A stretch of DNA of 64,000 nucleotides from Myxococcota bacterium (GCA_036149055.1 JAYZQJ010000137.1:32001-96000); one strand, 5' to 3'. Counted from the first letter of the stretch, positions 9,490 to 20,511 are shown. Notes: a model not told the origin generated them from the sequence alone. Program-made: numbers and translations.

Positions 9490-11550
9490 TCAGTCGAGTG
9501 GATCGGAGAGCAGGGACGCGACCACCTCGAGGAGCTCCGTCTGATCGAAGGCGTTCTTCACCAGATAGGCGTCCGCGCCCGCGTCGAGTCCCTTCCGGCG
9601 ATCTTCTTCCCGCGACAGCGCTGTCAAGAGCACCACGGGCAGCGCGCGGGTGCGCGGGCGGGCGCGGAGCGCGCGGGTCAGCTCGAGGCCGCTCATGCGC
9701 GGCATCTCGACGTCGCTCACCACCAGATCCACCCGCGCGTCGTCGAGCAGCCGGAGGCCGCGCTCGGCGTCCGACGCCGCGAGGACCCGGTAGCCCGCCG
9801 CCTCGAGGATCGTCTTCTCCAGGGCCAGCGTGGTCAGGGAGTCGTCCACCACGAGCAAGGTCGGCGGCTCGGCCGAGAGATCGGTCGCCTCGGGCATCGG
9901 CGCCACCTCGCCGCCTTCGCTCTGCCGCAGGGCCGCCGACACCAGGTCGCCGCCGTGCAGGATGAGCGCGATCTCTCCGTCGGCGAGGATGGTCGCCCCG
10001 GCGAAGCCGCGCACCCGGGGCAGGCGCTCGCCGAGGCTCTCCACCACCACGTCGTCCACCGAGCGCAGCTCGTCGACCGAGAGCGCCACCCGGTCCCGCC
10101 CGGCCTGGACGATGGCGGTGGGGATCAGCTGGTCCTCGGAGAGGCTCGTCGGCATCCCGAGGGTGCGGGCCAGCGGCGTGAACGGCAGCGGCTCGCCCTC
10201 GTGCAGCACCACCGGGCGTCCGTCCACGCGGTGCACGGTGCGCGGGTCGACGCGACGCAGCGTCAGGACGTTCGGGGTCGGCAGCGCGTAGAGCTGGTCG
10301 GCGGCCCGGACGAGCAGGACGCGGACCAGCGTCCGGGTGAGCGGCGACGAGATCAGGAAGGTCGTGCCGACGCCGCGCTCGGTGGTCACGTCGATGGTCC
10401 CGTGCAGGGCCTCGACCTCGGTCTTCACCACGTCGAGCCCGACGCCGCGGCCGGCCAGCGCGTCGACGCGATCGCTGGTGCTGAGGCCCGGGACGAAGAC
10501 GAGGCGCGCGAGCCCCGCCGGGGTGTCGGGCGGCTCGATGCCGTGCTCCCGCGCCCGGGCCGCGAGCGCCTCGAGGTCGAGCCCCCGGCCGTCGTCCGAG
10601 ACGGCGACCTCCACCTCCGAGCCGCGCAGGTGAGCGCTGATCCGGACCCTGCCCGCGCGCGGCTTGCCCGCGTCCTCGCGCACCTTCGGGGGCTCGACGC
10701 CGTGGGCGACCGCGTTCCGCGCGAGGTGCAGGAGCGGGGCGCGGAGCGCGGTGAGGACCGAGCGATCGATCTCGACGTCCGCGCCCTCGAGGATCACCTC
10801 GACCTCGCGCTCGGAGGCGAGCGCCGCGTCTCGCAAGATCCGCTCGACGCCGACGCACGCGTCGCCGAAGGGGGTCAGCCGGAGCTGCCGGACGTCGGCG
10901 TCGGTGTCCCGGGCCACCCGGGTCAGCTCGGTGGCGTCGTCGAGCAGCGCGCCGTGCAGCGCGTCGATCTCGGCGAGGGCCACGTCGTAGGCGCCTCGCT
11001 CCGGCGCCGGGCGGGCGGCTCGCATCCGGCGGAGGCGGGCGGCGAGGGCGGCGACCTCGCGCTCGCGATCGTCGATGCGCAGCGCCGCGCGCGACAGCTC
11101 TCCCGCGCGCACCAGCAGCGCGTCGAGCCGGGCGGCGGGGACCCGGAGGCCGCCGGTGTGCTCGCGCGAGACCGGCTCGCTGTGGCGGCGCCGCGCCTCG
11201 AAGAGCGTCTCCTCGACCGGCTCGTCGGCGCGGAGCCGCCGCGCCACCTCGGCCCAGATGTCGGCGGCCGCGAAGAGCCGCGCGAGCAGCGCGTCGTCCG
11301 GCTCGCCCTCGAGGGCGTCGAGCTCCTCCTCGAGCTCGTGGCAGTAGCGCTCGAGCGCCGGGAGGCTCACCGCGCGCGCGGCGCCCTTCAGGCTGTGCGC
11401 GACCCGGAAGAGGGTGCGCTGCGCGTCCGCCGGCGCGTCTCCGTGCTCGATGCGCAGGAGCAGGTCGTTCCAGGTGGAGACGTGATCCTCGAGCTCCTCG
11501 ACGAAGACCGCCCGGAGGCGTCGGATCAGCCCCTCCTTGTCCACGGTCAC
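9490..11550 (-). CDS. cheA: CheA-like hybrid kinase (Hpt-HATPase-CheW-REC), WspE/FrzE type
   Basis: [11 protein letters not shown]pt, [28 protein letters not shown]-terminal VVDDS..SDVEMP; GTG start overlaps the MCP stop. Confidence 0.93.
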   Translation of the reverse strand: MTVDKEGLIRRLRAVFVEELEDHVSTWNDLLLRIEHGDAPADAQRTLFRVAHSLKGAARAVSLPALERYCHELEEELDALEGEPDDALLARLFAAADIWAEVARRLRADEPVEETLFEARRRHSEPVSREHTGGLRVPAARLDALLVRAGELSRAALRIDDREREVAALAARLRRMRAARPAPERGAYDVALAEIDALHGALLDDATELTRVARDTDADVRQLRLTPFGDACVGVERILRDAALASEREVEVILEGADVEIDRSVLTALRAPLLHLARNAVAHGVEPPKVREDAGKPRAGRVRISAHLRGSEVEVAVSDDGRGLDLEALAARAREHGIEPPDTPAGLARLVFVPGLSTSDRVDALAGRGVGLDVVKTEVEALHGTIDVTTERGVGTTFLISSPLTRTLVRVLLVRAADQLYALPTPNVLTLRRVDPRTVHRVDGRPVVLHEGEPLPFTPLARTLGMPTSLSEDQLIPTAIVQAGRDRVALSVDELRSVDDVVVESLGERLPRVRGFAGATILADGEIALILHGGDLVSAALRQSEGGEVAPMPEATDLSAEPPTLLVVDDSLTTLALEKTILEAAGYRVLAASDAERGLRLLDDARVDLVVSDVEMPRMSGLELTRALRARPRTRALPVVLLTALSREEDRRKGLDAGADAYLVKNAFDQTELLEVVASLLSDPLD

Positions 11551-13028
11551 GCCTTCTCCAGCTCCACGTCCTCGAGCAGCTGCGAGAGCCGGCCGCTGAG
11601 GCTCTCGAGCCGCCCCGCCGCCTCCTCGACGTGTTTGATGGAGGAGAGGTTGTCGCGGAGCGCCGAGTCGATGTCCTTCATCGCCTGGCTGATCTGCGCC
11701 ATCCCGGTGGCCTGCTGGTGCGCCGAGGCCGCGATCTGCGAGGCGGCCTCGGCGGCGCGCGCGATGGTCTCGGTGAGGCCGTCGATGGTGCGGCCCGCCT
11801 CGCTCGCCTCGCGCACCGCGGCCCGCATCGTCTTGTCGCCCTGCTCGCCCGCGAGGACGGCGTTGTTGGTGGCCCGCTGGATCTCGCCGAGGATCTCGCG
11901 GACCTGGACGGTGGCCTCCTTGCTGCGCCGGGCGAGCGCCTTCACCTCGGCCGCGACCACGCCGAAGCCGCGGCCGTGCTCGCCGGCGCGCGACGCCTCG
12001 ATCGCGGCGTTGAGCGCGAGGAGGTTGGTCTGCTCGGCGATCTCGTCGACGGTGCCGATGATCTGCCCGATGGTCTGGGCGCGCTCCGCCAGCTCCAGCA
12101 CGTTCTCGGCCACCGACTCGCCGCGCTGCTGCGCGTCCTCGATCGCCTCGACCGCGTCGTGCACCGCGTCCCGCCCCGCCTGGCCGACCTCGTCGACCTC
12201 CCGGGAGCTGTCGGCCACGTCCCGCGCGCGCCCGGCCGCCTGCCGCGCGGTCTGGTCGACCTCCTCCACCGTCACCACGGTCTCGGTCACCGAGGCGGAC
12301 TGCTGCTGCGCGGCCGAGGCCTGCTGGCTGGTGGCCGCGAGCAGCTCGTTCGCGGCCCCCACCGTCTCGGCGACGACGTCCCGCATCGTCTGGAGGAGCC
12401 GCTCGCGCTGCACCGCGCTGGTCCGATCCTGGATGATGCCGATGAAGAAGCGCTCGCCCTCCACGTGCATCTCGGAGACCCGCAGGCTCACCGGGAAGGT
12501 GCCGCCGTCCTTGTGCTTGGCCTCGACCCGGCGCTCCTTGCCGATGATCCGCTTCTCGCCGGTCTCGAGGTAGCGCTTCAGGTAGTCGTCGTGTTTGTCG
12601 CCGTGCTCGCCTCCCGCGATCACCGCGACGTTGCGGCCCATCAGCTCCTCGGCGGTCCAGCCGAAGAGGGTCTCCGCGGTCTCGTTGGCCTCGAGCACCG
12701 TGCCGGACTCGTCGATGGTGAGGATGGCGTCGGAGGTGGTGTCGAGGATCGCGCGGAGCCGCTGGGCGTGGCCGGCGCGGCGCTCCTGGCCGACGAGCGC
12801 GCGCACCCAGTAGAGCGAGAGCCCGCCGAGGGTCACCGCGCCGCTCGCGAAGAGCCACTGCAGCCGCTGCAGCTCCGCCACCCGCGCGGGCGCGAGCCCC
12901 GCCAGCTCGCTCAGCGCGTCGAGGTTGTAGACGAAGAGGCCGAGCGCGGTGGCGACGAGCAGCAGCACCAGCGCGGCGGCGCGGCCGGCGTTCGTCTCGT
13001 ACCAGGGGCGCGGCTCGTCAGGGCTCAT
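11547..13028 (-). CDS. Methyl-accepting chemotaxis protein with 2 TM and a FixL-like PAS domain
   Basis: [30 protein letters not shown] signalling hairpin; [22 protein letters not shown]...KDGGTFPV. Confidence 0.93.
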   Translation of the reverse strand: MSPDEPRPWYETNAGRAAALVLLLVATALGLFVYNLDALSELAGLAPARVAELQRLQWLFASGAVTLGGLSLYWVRALVGQERRAGHAQRLRAILDTTSDAILTIDESGTVLEANETAETLFGWTAEELMGRNVAVIAGGEHGDKHDDYLKRYLETGEKRIIGKERRVEAKHKDGGTFPVSLRVSEMHVEGERFFIGIIQDRTSAVQRERLLQTMRDVVAETVGAANELLAATSQQASAAQQQSASVTETVVTVEEVDQTARQAAGRARDVADSSREVDEVGQAGRDAVHDAVEAIEDAQQRGESVAENVLELAERAQTIGQIIGTVDEIAEQTNLLALNAAIEASRAGEHGRGFGVVAAEVKALARRSKEATVQVREILGEIQRATNNAVLAGEQGDKTMRAAVREASEAGRTIDGLTETIARAAEAASQIAASAHQQATGMAQISQAMKDIDSALRDNLSSIKHVEEAAGRLESLSGRLSQLLEDVELEKA

Positions 13029-13590
13029 GTCGATGGTCCACGCGGAGGCGGGGGTCGGCGGCGAGCACGTCCACCCGCAGGCAGAGCTCACCGTCGGGGC
13101 CGAGCCCCTCGAGCCACGCGGGCGCGCCGGGGGGCGGGGGAGCGGGCGCCGCGCCGTCGAGCGGGTCGAGGTCGAGGACGCGCTCCACCACCACGACGAG
13201 CTCCCCGGAGGAGCTGTCGAGGATGACGGCGCGGGCCTCCCGGTCGGTGGTCGAGGTCGTGTGGCCGTCGAGGAGCGGGCCCACGTCCCACAGGGCCGCG
13301 AGCCGCCCGCGCAGGCGGGTGAGGCCGAGGAGATGCATGGGCGTGCCGGGGACGCGCACCGCCGCCCCGAGCGGGTGCACCCCGCCCACGGCCGCCGCGG
13401 GGAGGATCACGGTGGCCCCGCCGACCCGGGCGCTGATGCGCGCCTCCTCCACCGACGCGACCCGGGCGTCGAGGGCGCGCGCGATGGTGCGGGTCCGCGC
13501 GCTCAGGATCTCGTCGTCGGGCGGTCGCCGGGGGACCGTCCAGTCCTCGGCCAGCCGGGCGCGGGCGCGCTCCCAGGGAGAGTCGCTCAC
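13018..13590 (-). CDS. cheW: CheW-like coupling protein (WspD-type N-terminal extension)
   Basis: [38 protein letters not shown] overlaps the cheR stop. Confidence 0.8.
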   Translation of the reverse strand: MSDSPWERARARLAEDWTVPRRPPDDEILSARTRTIARALDARVASVEEARISARVGGATVILPAAAVGGVHPLGAAVRVPGTPMHLLGLTRLRGRLAALWDVGPLLDGHTTSTTDREARAVILDSSSGELVVVVERVLDLDPLDGAAPAPPPPGAPAWLEGLGPDGELCLRVDVLAADPRLRVDHRHEP

Positions 13591-14873
13591 GCGGACTCCC
13601 AGCCGGCGAGGGTGTCGACGTGGCGGGCCGCCGCGTCCGCGAGCCGCCCGGCCGTCTCTCCGTCCGAGCACGCGAGCTCCGCGTCGGGCGGCAGCTGCGC
13701 CGCCTCGGCGTGCGCGCGCAGGAAGCCGGCCTTGGCCGCCTCGAGGTCGCCGGCCCGGAACCGCAGCGAGGCGCGGAGGAAGTGCGCGACCGCGAGCCCG
13801 GGCGAGCGCGCCAGCAGCCGGTCGAGCACGTCCTCGGCCTCCCTCGCCCGGTCGAGCGAGACCAGCAGGTTGGCGCGGAGCACGAAGTGCTCGTCGTCCT
13901 GGAGGCCCTGCATCTCGAGCTCGGCCAGCGTGTCGAGCGCGCCGCGCGGATCGAGGTCGGCCAGTCGGCGCACGCCGGTGATCTCGGCCTCGGGCTCGGC
14001 GGGCAAGGCCTTGCGCGGCCCGCGGCGACGGCGGCGCGGCTTCGGGGGCGGCGCGGGGGGCTCGGTGCGGCGCTGATAGACGACGCCCTGCTGGGCCACG
14101 ATGGCCTCCAGGCCGAGCTCGTGGAGCGGGGGATCCGAGGGGCCGGTGAGCAGCCACCCGCCCTCGACCAGGGCGCTCGAGAGCCGGCGCGCCACCGGGC
14201 CGACCGCGTCCAGCGAGAAGTAGATCAGGACGTTCCGGCAGAGCACCACGTCCAGCTCGGAGAGCCCGGGCGGCAGCGCGTGCGGGTCGACGAGGTTGAG
14301 GCGGGCGAAGCGGACCGCGCCCCGGATGCGCGGATCGAGCTCGAGCAGTCCCTCCCGCTCCCGCATCAGCCGCCGCGCGCGCCCCCCCTCGTCGGCGCGG
14401 AGCGACCACTCCCGATAGGTCCCGCGGGCGGCCCTCGCGAGCGCGGCGCCGGACAGGTCGGTGGCCCAGAGCGTGGCGTCCTCGAGCATGCCTCGCTCGT
14501 GCAGCAGGATCGCCAGCGAGTAGATCTCCTCCCCGCTCGCGCACCCCGCGCTCCAGGCGCGCAGCCCCGGGCCGCCGGCCGCCCGCCGGGCCTCGACCGT
14601 CGGCAGGATCTGGTCGGCGATGAGCGCGTAGTGCCAGGCGTCGCGGAAGAAGTACGTCTCGCCCACCGTCAGGCGCTCGGCGAGGTCGTCGAAGAGGACC
14701 GGCTCGTGCTCGAGGCGGAGGGCGAAGGCGGTCACGTCCTCGGCGCCGGCGTCGCGGGAGGCCGCCTCGATCGCCTCGCGCACGCGGCCGGGGCCCATCC
14801 GCGCCAGGTCCAGTCCCGTGCGCGCGGCGAACCATCGCTCGACCTCCCCCGTCGGCCCGTCCACGAACGGCAC
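13587..14873 (-). CDS. cheR: CheR methyltransferase with C-terminal TPR (WspC/FrzF type)
   Basis: TVGETYFFRD, WSAGCASGEEIYS, CRNVLIYF, TPR-like helices at the C-terminus. Confidence 0.93.
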   Translation of the reverse strand: MPFVDGPTGEVERWFAARTGLDLARMGPGRVREAIEAASRDAGAEDVTAFALRLEHEPVLFDDLAERLTVGETYFFRDAWHYALIADQILPTVEARRAAGGPGLRAWSAGCASGEEIYSLAILLHERGMLEDATLWATDLSGAALARAARGTYREWSLRADEGGRARRLMREREGLLELDPRIRGAVRFARLNLVDPHALPPGLSELDVVLCRNVLIYFSLDAVGPVARRLSSALVEGGWLLTGPSDPPLHELGLEAIVAQQGVVYQRRTEPPAPPPKPRRRRRGPRKALPAEPEAEITGVRRLADLDPRGALDTLAELEMQGLQDDEHFVLRANLLVSLDRAREAEDVLDRLLARSPGLAVAHFLRASLRFRAGDLEAAKAGFLRAHAEAAQLPPDAELACSDGETAGRLADAAARHVDTLAGWESA

Positions 14874-14917
14874 GATACCGCAGCTACGCCCCGAGCGTGG
14901 AGGCGCTATCCTGGGGT

Positions 14918-15358
14918 ATGCGCGAGGCGCTGATCGACGTCCTGCTCCTCGAAGTGGAGGGCCGCCGGATCGGGCTGCCCGCGTCGCTCGTGCTCGAGGT
15001 GCTGCCCAGCGCCGCGGTGGAGACCCTCGACGGCGCGCCGGACCTCGTGGAGGGCGTCTTGAACGTGCGGGGGCAGCTCCTGCCCGTCGTCTCGATGCGC
15101 CGCCGGCTCGGGGCGCCCGATCGACCGCCCCGGGTCGACGACCACCTCGTGCGGGTCGAGACGGGCGGGCGCGAGCTGCTGCTGCGGGTGGACCGAGCGC
15201 TCGACCTCATCGGCGTCGACCCGTGGCGCCTGCAGGAGCTCGACGCCGGCCAGGGCGCGGTCGCGACGCCGGAGGGCACGCTGGTCGTCCAGGACGCGGA
15301 GCGCTTCCTCAGCACGGACGGCCTCGACCAGCTCCGCGAAGCCCTCGAGGCACGCTGA
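14918..15358 (+). CDS. cheW: CheW-like protein, divergently transcribed
   Basis: IGLPASLVLEV, VEGVLNVRGQLLPVVSMRRRLG. Confidence 0.88.
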   Translation: MREALIDVLLLEVEGRRIGLPASLVLEVLPSAAVETLDGAPDLVEGVLNVRGQLLPVVSMRRRLGAPDRPPRVDDHLVRVETGGRELLLRVDRALDLIGVDPWRLQELDAGQGAVATPEGTLVVQDAERFLSTDGLDQLREALEAR

Positions 15359-15391
15359 CGTCATTCGCAAGTCGTGCTACGGTGTCCGGCC

Positions 15392-18300
15392 ATGTCCAGG
15401 CTGGCTGCGAGGCGCCGAGCCCCGAGCGCGGGCGTCGGCGCGGAGGTCTCGCTCGACGAGGTGCGCGCGCTCTACCACGCGGGTCGGTACGCGGAGGCGC
15501 TCGAGGCCGTGGGCGGCCCGGGGGCGCTCCGCGCGCTCGACGACCCGGCCGGGCGGGTGCTGGCGGGGCGGCTCGCGGCCCGGCTCGGGGCGCCCCGGCT
15601 GGCCCAGGCGCTGTTCTTCCGAGCCCACCGCGACGAGCCCACCGATCCGGAGGCGGCGCATCTCTGGGGGCTGACGCTCCTGGCTCGCCGGGGTCCTTGG
15701 CACACCCTCCGGTGGCTGCGACGGCTCGACGCCACGTCGCCGCTCCTGCGCGGCCTCGAGGGGCGCTGTCTCGCCGCGCTGCGCGACTTCGAGCGCGCCG
15801 CCCCCCTCCTCGAGGGCGCCGTCCGCGAGCGGCCCGACGAGCCCTGGCTCGAGGTCGAGCGGATCATGGCCCTGCTCGAGGGGCGCGACCGTCCGGAGGA
15901 GGCGCGGATCGCGCTCGAGGGCTTGCTGACCCGCGCGCCCGGGTACCGGCCGGCGCTCCACGCGCTCGCGCAGGTGATGTCGGGTCTCGGGGAGCCGGAG
16001 CGCGCCCTCGCGGTGCTCGACGGCGGGGACTCGCTCGGGTTCGAGCTGCTCTCGCATCGGGCCGAGCTCGCCTTCAACGTCGGTCGCTTCGAGAAGACGG
16101 AGGCGGACCTCGTCGCGGCGATCGACGCGGCCTCGCTGCTGGAGCCGCAGGTGCGGAGCAGCCTCGCGCTGCGGGCCGCGGAGGCCGCCTACCTCCAGCG
16201 CGCCTACCGCCGGGCGGCGGGCTGGGCGCGGCAGGGGGACTCGTCGCGGAAGGGCGGCGCGGCGCCCTTCGCGCGGCGCTTCGCGGCCGCGCTCGACGGG
16301 CTGGAGGACGGCGCCGCGCTCCCGCGCCGGTGCCTGGACGCCGTGCCTCACGTCCGGCAGCACCACGAGACCTGCGTGCCGGCGAGCCTCGCCGCCGTCT
16401 CCGCCTTCCACGGCGCGCCGGTCGACCAGCGCGCGATCGCCGACGAGATCACCTTCGCCGGCACCACCCACGCGGCGCAGCGCGCCTGGGCGGAGCGTGG
16501 CGGGTGGGCCGTCCGCGAGCTCGACGTCACGCTCGACGCCGCGCGCGCGCTGATCGACGCCGGGCTGCCCATCGTCCTGTCCACCCGCGCCGCGCTGTCC
16601 GGGCACGCCCAGGTGGTGATCGGCTACGACCTCGCGCGCGAGGCGCTGCTCGTCCGCGACCCCGCCTGCCCGGCGCTCCAGGAGATCTCGCGCGAGCTCC
16701 TCGAGTCCCAGCGATGGTGGGGCCCGCGCGGCATGGTGCTCGCGCCCGCGGACCGGGCCGCCGAGCTCGCCGCGCTCGAGCTCCCCGGGGCCGACGCGTG
16801 GGAGCTGCGTCACCGGCTCGAGCGGGCGCTCGACGCCCACGACCGCGAGGACGCGGTGGCCGCGCTGGCGGCGCTCGAGGGCGGCGACCCGCGCCATGTG
16901 GCGTCGGCCCGGCTCGAGCTGGCCCGCTACGACGACGACACCGACGCCGCGCTCGAGGCGCTGCAGGCGCTCCTCGCGCTCCACCCGGACTGCCAGAGCT
17001 TGATCCTGGAGTACGGGGAGCGCGCGCGGCCGCGGCGACCCCGGGACGAGAGCCTGCGCTACTGGCGTGAGCACCTGGAGGGCGCCGACCCGGTCCTCCT
17101 GGAGTCCCTCGCCGAGGAGCTGCGCTTCGACCCCGGCGCGCGCGCGGAGGCGGCGCGGCTCCTTCACCGGGTGCTCCGGCTGCGGCCGAGCAGCGGCATG
17201 GCGCACCACGTGCTCGCCGACCTCGAGGTCGCCCAGGCCGGAGACCTCGAGACCGCGGTGGAGCAGTTTCGCTTCGCCGTCTGCAACAGCACCGCGGACG
17301 AGCACTTCGCCGAGGCCTACTTCCACCACGCGAGGCTGCTCGGCGTCGACGCGGAGGCGCTGGCGCTCCTGGAGCGGCGGGTCGAAGAGGCCGGGCACCG
17401 GAGCATCGGCCCGGCGCGCACCTTGGTGGCGGCCTACACCGACCAGGGCCGCCCCGAGCGCGGCGTGGCGCTGCTCGAGTCCCTCGCGGAGCTCCGCCCC
17501 GACGACGGGCACCTGGCCATCGCGGTCGCGGAGGCGGCGCTCGACGCGGGGGACGAGGAGGCCGCGGAGCGCTGGCTGGCGCGGGCGGCGGAGCGTCGCC
17601 ACCCGCCCGGCGCGCTGGACCGGGCCCGGACCCGCCTGCGACGGGCGCGCGGCGCGGTCGAGGAGGCGCTCGAGGCGTCGGCGCGCGCCCTCGCCGCGCG
17701 CCCCGCCGACGTGAGCGCGATGGCCGCCCACGCCGCGATCCTGGCGGAGGCCCGGGGCGACGGCGCGGCGCTCGAGTTCCTCGCGGCGCGACACGAGGCG
17801 GAGCCGGACCTGCGCGGGCTGGTGCCCGAGCTCTGCATCTGGCTCCGCGACCGGGACGACGAGCGCGCGCTGCGGCTGCTCGACGCGCAGCTCGAGGAGA
17901 ACCCGCACGACGTGTGGTCGCATCGGGAGCGCTCGCTCTCGCTGTCGCGCCTGGGGCGCTCGGAGGAGGCGCTCGCGCGGGCGACGGAGACCACGGAGCG
18001 CTTCCCCGAGGACGCGAGCGCGTGGTCGATCCTGGGCGGGCTGCTCGAGCGGGCGGGCGACCACGCGCGGGCGCGCACGGCGCTGCGGCGCGCGATCGAG
18101 CTCGACGTCGACGAGGCGCAGGCGATCGCCTCCCTCGCGCGCCTCGGCAGCGACCCGGCCACCCAGCGCGAGGACGCGCGCTTCGTGCTCGCGCGCCTCC
18201 GCGAGCGGGTCAGCCGGGGCGCGGGGCTGGTGGAGGGCGCGTTCGTGGCCCGGGTCCTGGAGCCGCTCGAGCGCCGCGAGCGCCTGGCCGAGCTGCTCGA

Positions 18301-20380
18301 GCGCTGCGGGCATCGCCCGGACGCCTGGGAGGCGGTCGCGCAGGCCGAGCTCGAGGCCGGCGATCACGTCGACGCGCTGGGCCGACTCGACGCGGCGCTC
18401 GAGCGCTTCCCCCGCTGGAGCCGGCTGCACGCCCTCCGCGCGCGGGCGCTCCGGATGCTGGTCCGGGCGGAGGAGGAGGCCGCCTGGCGGGCCGCCGTCG
18501 AGACCGCGCCGAGCTCGACCGAGGCGAGGCTGGGCCTCGCGAGCTGCCTCGAGCGGCAGGGCCGGCGCGAGGAGGCGGTGGCCACCCTGGAGGAGGCGAC
18601 GCGGCGGCGGCCGCGCGACGTCGACGCGCAGGTCGAGCTCGCGCGCCTCGAGGCCGCCGCGGGGCGCGCCGACGCGGCGCTGGAGCGTCTGCTCGGGCTG
18701 GGTCGGCCCGCGGCCTACGATCTGCGCGCCTTCCAGCGCGTGGCGGCGCTCGCGCGGGAGCTCGATCGCGTCGACGAGGTCGAGCGCTGGATCGAGGAGC
18801 TCGCGGCCGCCGCGCCGCGCTCCGCCGTGCTGCCGCTCCGGCTCGCCGAGCTCGCCCAGGAGATCGACGCGCGGGTCGACGCGCTCCGCCGCGCGCTCGC
18901 CGTCGACGCCCGCTGCTTCGAGGCGGCGGACTTCCTGGCCGAGAGCCTGAGCCTGGCCGGGCGGCACGACGAGGCGCTCGCCGCCTGTCCCCCCGCGGAG
19001 TGGGTGGGGCCGGTGCCGCTCCCGCTGCGCGGTCGCCGCGCCTGGGTGCTCGCCGCGCGGGGCGACGTCGACGACGCGATCGTGGCCATGGAGAGGCTCC
19101 TCGAGCTCGACCCCGGATACGCCTGGGGGCGTCGCCAGGTGTGTGACTGGCTCGACCGGCAGGGGCGCGCGTCCGCCTTCCGCCAGCACGCCGAGGCGCT
19201 GGTCTCGCGCGATCCGAACGTCGCCTTGCACCACGCCTACCTCGGCGACGCCTGCCTCGCGGTGGACGATCGCGCCGCCGCCGTCGCCGCCTTCGGGCGC
19301 GCGGTGGAGCTGGAGCCGGCCGATCCGTACGCGCTGCAGGCGTCGGTGGATCTCGCGCTCGAGCGCGGCGCGCTCACCGAGGCGCGGGAGACCCTCGAGC
19401 GGGCGGCTCACGCCGCGCGGCGCGACCTGGTCGACGCGCTGACCGTGCAGCTCGAGGTCGCCTCACGGCGCCCGGAGGAGGCCCTGAGCGCCTTCGACCG
19501 GCTCCTCGCGCAGGGCGCGGAGCAGGCGCTCTTCGAGCGCGCGATGAGCGCGCTCGAGGGATCGTCGGTCGCGCGCGCGGCGCGGCGTCGCGCCCAGGCT
19601 GCCCTCGAGGGCGAGGCGACGCAGTGGAGCGAGGCGCTCGGCCACGCGTGGGCGGTCGTCGGCCTGCGCCACGGCGCCCGCCGCGCCCTGCGGCTGCTCG
19701 CACGCCCCCGGCGCCTGGGCGCGGCCGGCGTCGCCGCCGCCACGCTGCTGATCGAGCACCTCGCGCTCCAGCGGGGGCGACTCTGGCTGCTCTGGCTCTG
19801 GCTGGGGCACCGCGAGTGGGTCCGTCGTCACGACGGCACGTGGGCCATGTTCGGCTTCGCGCTCCGGTGCTTGGGCTCGTGGAGAGCCTGCGCCCGCTGG
19901 CTCGCCGACGGACCGAGGCGGGCGGGCGTGAAGCGCTGGATGCTCACCCACCTCGTGGCCGCGTACTGGGCGACCGGCCGGGCGGCGCTCGCCTCCGACG
20001 TGGTCGACGCCGCGCTGGCGTTGCCTCCGGACTTCAGCCACGACGCGCACGCCGCGTGGCGGGCCTTCGAGGAGGCCCTGGACGGACGGGCCCGCGAGGT
20101 GGAGCGCGAGCTCCCGGAGGTGCGGCTGGCGCCCGCCCAGGAGGAGAACGCGCTGGTGGCGCTCGTGCGCGCGATGGCCGGCGCGGAGCGCGCGCGCGGC
20201 GAGCCCACGATGGACGCCCTCGCGGCGGAGGTGGTCGAGCCGCTCACGGAGGCCGCCGGCTGGGTCCGCGACAGGCCCGAGCTGCGGGCGCCCTGGGCGG
20301 CCGCGATGCGCCAGATCCTCGCCGGGCGATCGTGGTTCCAGCGCGCCTGGCTCCGTCGGATGGTGCTGCCGCGCCCCTGA
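15392..20380 (+). CDS. Giant TPR-repeat protein with an internal C39-like cysteine peptidase domain
   Basis: VPHVRQHHETCVPASL (Q..C), GHAQVVIGYD (H), LLVRDP (D), flanked by many TPR-like helices. Confidence 0.8.
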   Translation: MSRLAARRRAPSAGVGAEVSLDEVRALYHAGRYAEALEAVGGPGALRALDDPAGRVLAGRLAARLGAPRLAQALFFRAHRDEPTDPEAAHLWGLTLLARRGPWHTLRWLRRLDATSPLLRGLEGRCLAALRDFERAAPLLEGAVRERPDEPWLEVERIMALLEGRDRPEEARIALEGLLTRAPGYRPALHALAQVMSGLGEPERALAVLDGGDSLGFELLSHRAELAFNVGRFEKTEADLVAAIDAASLLEPQVRSSLALRAAEAAYLQRAYRRAAGWARQGDSSRKGGAAPFARRFAAALDGLEDGAALPRRCLDAVPHVRQHHETCVPASLAAVSAFHGAPVDQRAIADEITFAGTTHAAQRAWAERGGWAVRELDVTLDAARALIDAGLPIVLSTRAALSGHAQVVIGYDLAREALLVRDPACPALQEISRELLESQRWWGPRGMVLAPADRAAELAALELPGADAWELRHRLERALDAHDREDAVAALAALEGGDPRHVASARLELARYDDDTDAALEALQALLALHPDCQSLILEYGERARPRRPRDESLRYWREHLEGADPVLLESLAEELRFDPGARAEAARLLHRVLRLRPSSGMAHHVLADLEVAQAGDLETAVEQFRFAVCNSTADEHFAEAYFHHARLLGVDAEALALLERRVEEAGHRSIGPARTLVAAYTDQGRPERGVALLESLAELRPDDGHLAIAVAEAALDAGDEEAAERWLARAAERRHPPGALDRARTRLRRARGAVEEALEASARALAARPADVSAMAAHAAILAEARGDGAALEFLAARHEAEPDLRGLVPELCIWLRDRDDERALRLLDAQLEENPHDVWSHRERSLSLSRLGRSEEALARATETTERFPEDASAWSILGGLLERAGDHARARTALRRAIELDVDEAQAIASLARLGSDPATQREDARFVLARLRERVSRGAGLVEGAFVARVLEPLERRERLAELLERCGHRPDAWEAVAQAELEAGDHVDALGRLDAALERFPRWSRLHALRARALRMLVRAEEEAAWRAAVETAPSSTEARLGLASCLERQGRREEAVATLEEATRRRPRDVDAQVELARLEAAAGRADAALERLLGLGRPAAYDLRAFQRVAALARELDRVDEVERWIEELAAAAPRSAVLPLRLAELAQEIDARVDALRRALAVDARCFEAADFLAESLSLAGRHDEALAACPPAEWVGPVPLPLRGRRAWVLAARGDVDDAIVAMERLLELDPGYAWGRRQVCDWLDRQGRASAFRQHAEALVSRDPNVALHHAYLGDACLAVDDRAAAVAAFGRAVELEPADPYALQASVDLALERGALTEARETLERAAHAARRDLVDALTVQLEVASRRPEEALSAFDRLLAQGAEQALFERAMSALEGSSVARAARRRAQAALEGEATQWSEALGHAWAVVGLRHGARRALRLLARPRRLGAAGVAAATLLIEHLALQRGRLWLLWLWLGHREWVRRHDGTWAMFGFALRCLGSWRACARWLADGPRRAGVKRWMLTHLVAAYWATGRAALASDVVDAALALPPDFSHDAHAAWRAFEEALDGRAREVERELPEVRLAPAQEENALVALVRAMAGAERARGEPTMDALAAEVVEPLTEAAGWVRDRPELRAPWAAAMRQILAGRSWFQRAWLRRMVLPRP

Positions 20381-20389
20381 CGCGGCAGA

Positions 20390-20408
20390 CGAAATCTTCA
20401 TGATTTCG
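20390..20408. promoter_or_regulatory. AT-rich inverted repeat CGAAATC-N5-GATTTCG, candidate operator
   Basis: Perfect 7-bp arms in the intergenic space upstream of the helicase gene. Confidence 0.35.
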
Positions 20409-20486
20409 AAGGCCTGGATCCGCCCGAGGGGCGCGGCGCGACCCGGGGGCCGCCGGACGACGTCGACCTCCGCTTGCGCGGGGCTA

Positions 20487-20503
20487 CGGCACATCCGTAC
20501 AGT
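20487..20503 (+). promoter_or_regulatory. Candidate myxobacterial LexA (SOS) box overlapping a -10 element
   Basis: CGGCACATCCGTACAGT matches 14/17 positions of the M. xanthus consensus CTRHAMRYBYGTTCAGS; TTGCGC-N18-TACAGT promoter-like spacing. Confidence 0.45.
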
Positions 20504-20511
20504 GCGTCCTC

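Noticed and set aside
9490..12858. 1122-aa CheA with a long N-terminal extension
   Set aside because: The upstream part is an off-frame read of the MCP gene; CheA starts near 11550
15377..19411. 1344-aa minus-strand ORF and similar Arg/Pro/Ala-rich alternative-frame ORFs throughout the window
   Set aside because: They overlap motif-bearing genes and have the composition expected of off-frame high-GC sequence
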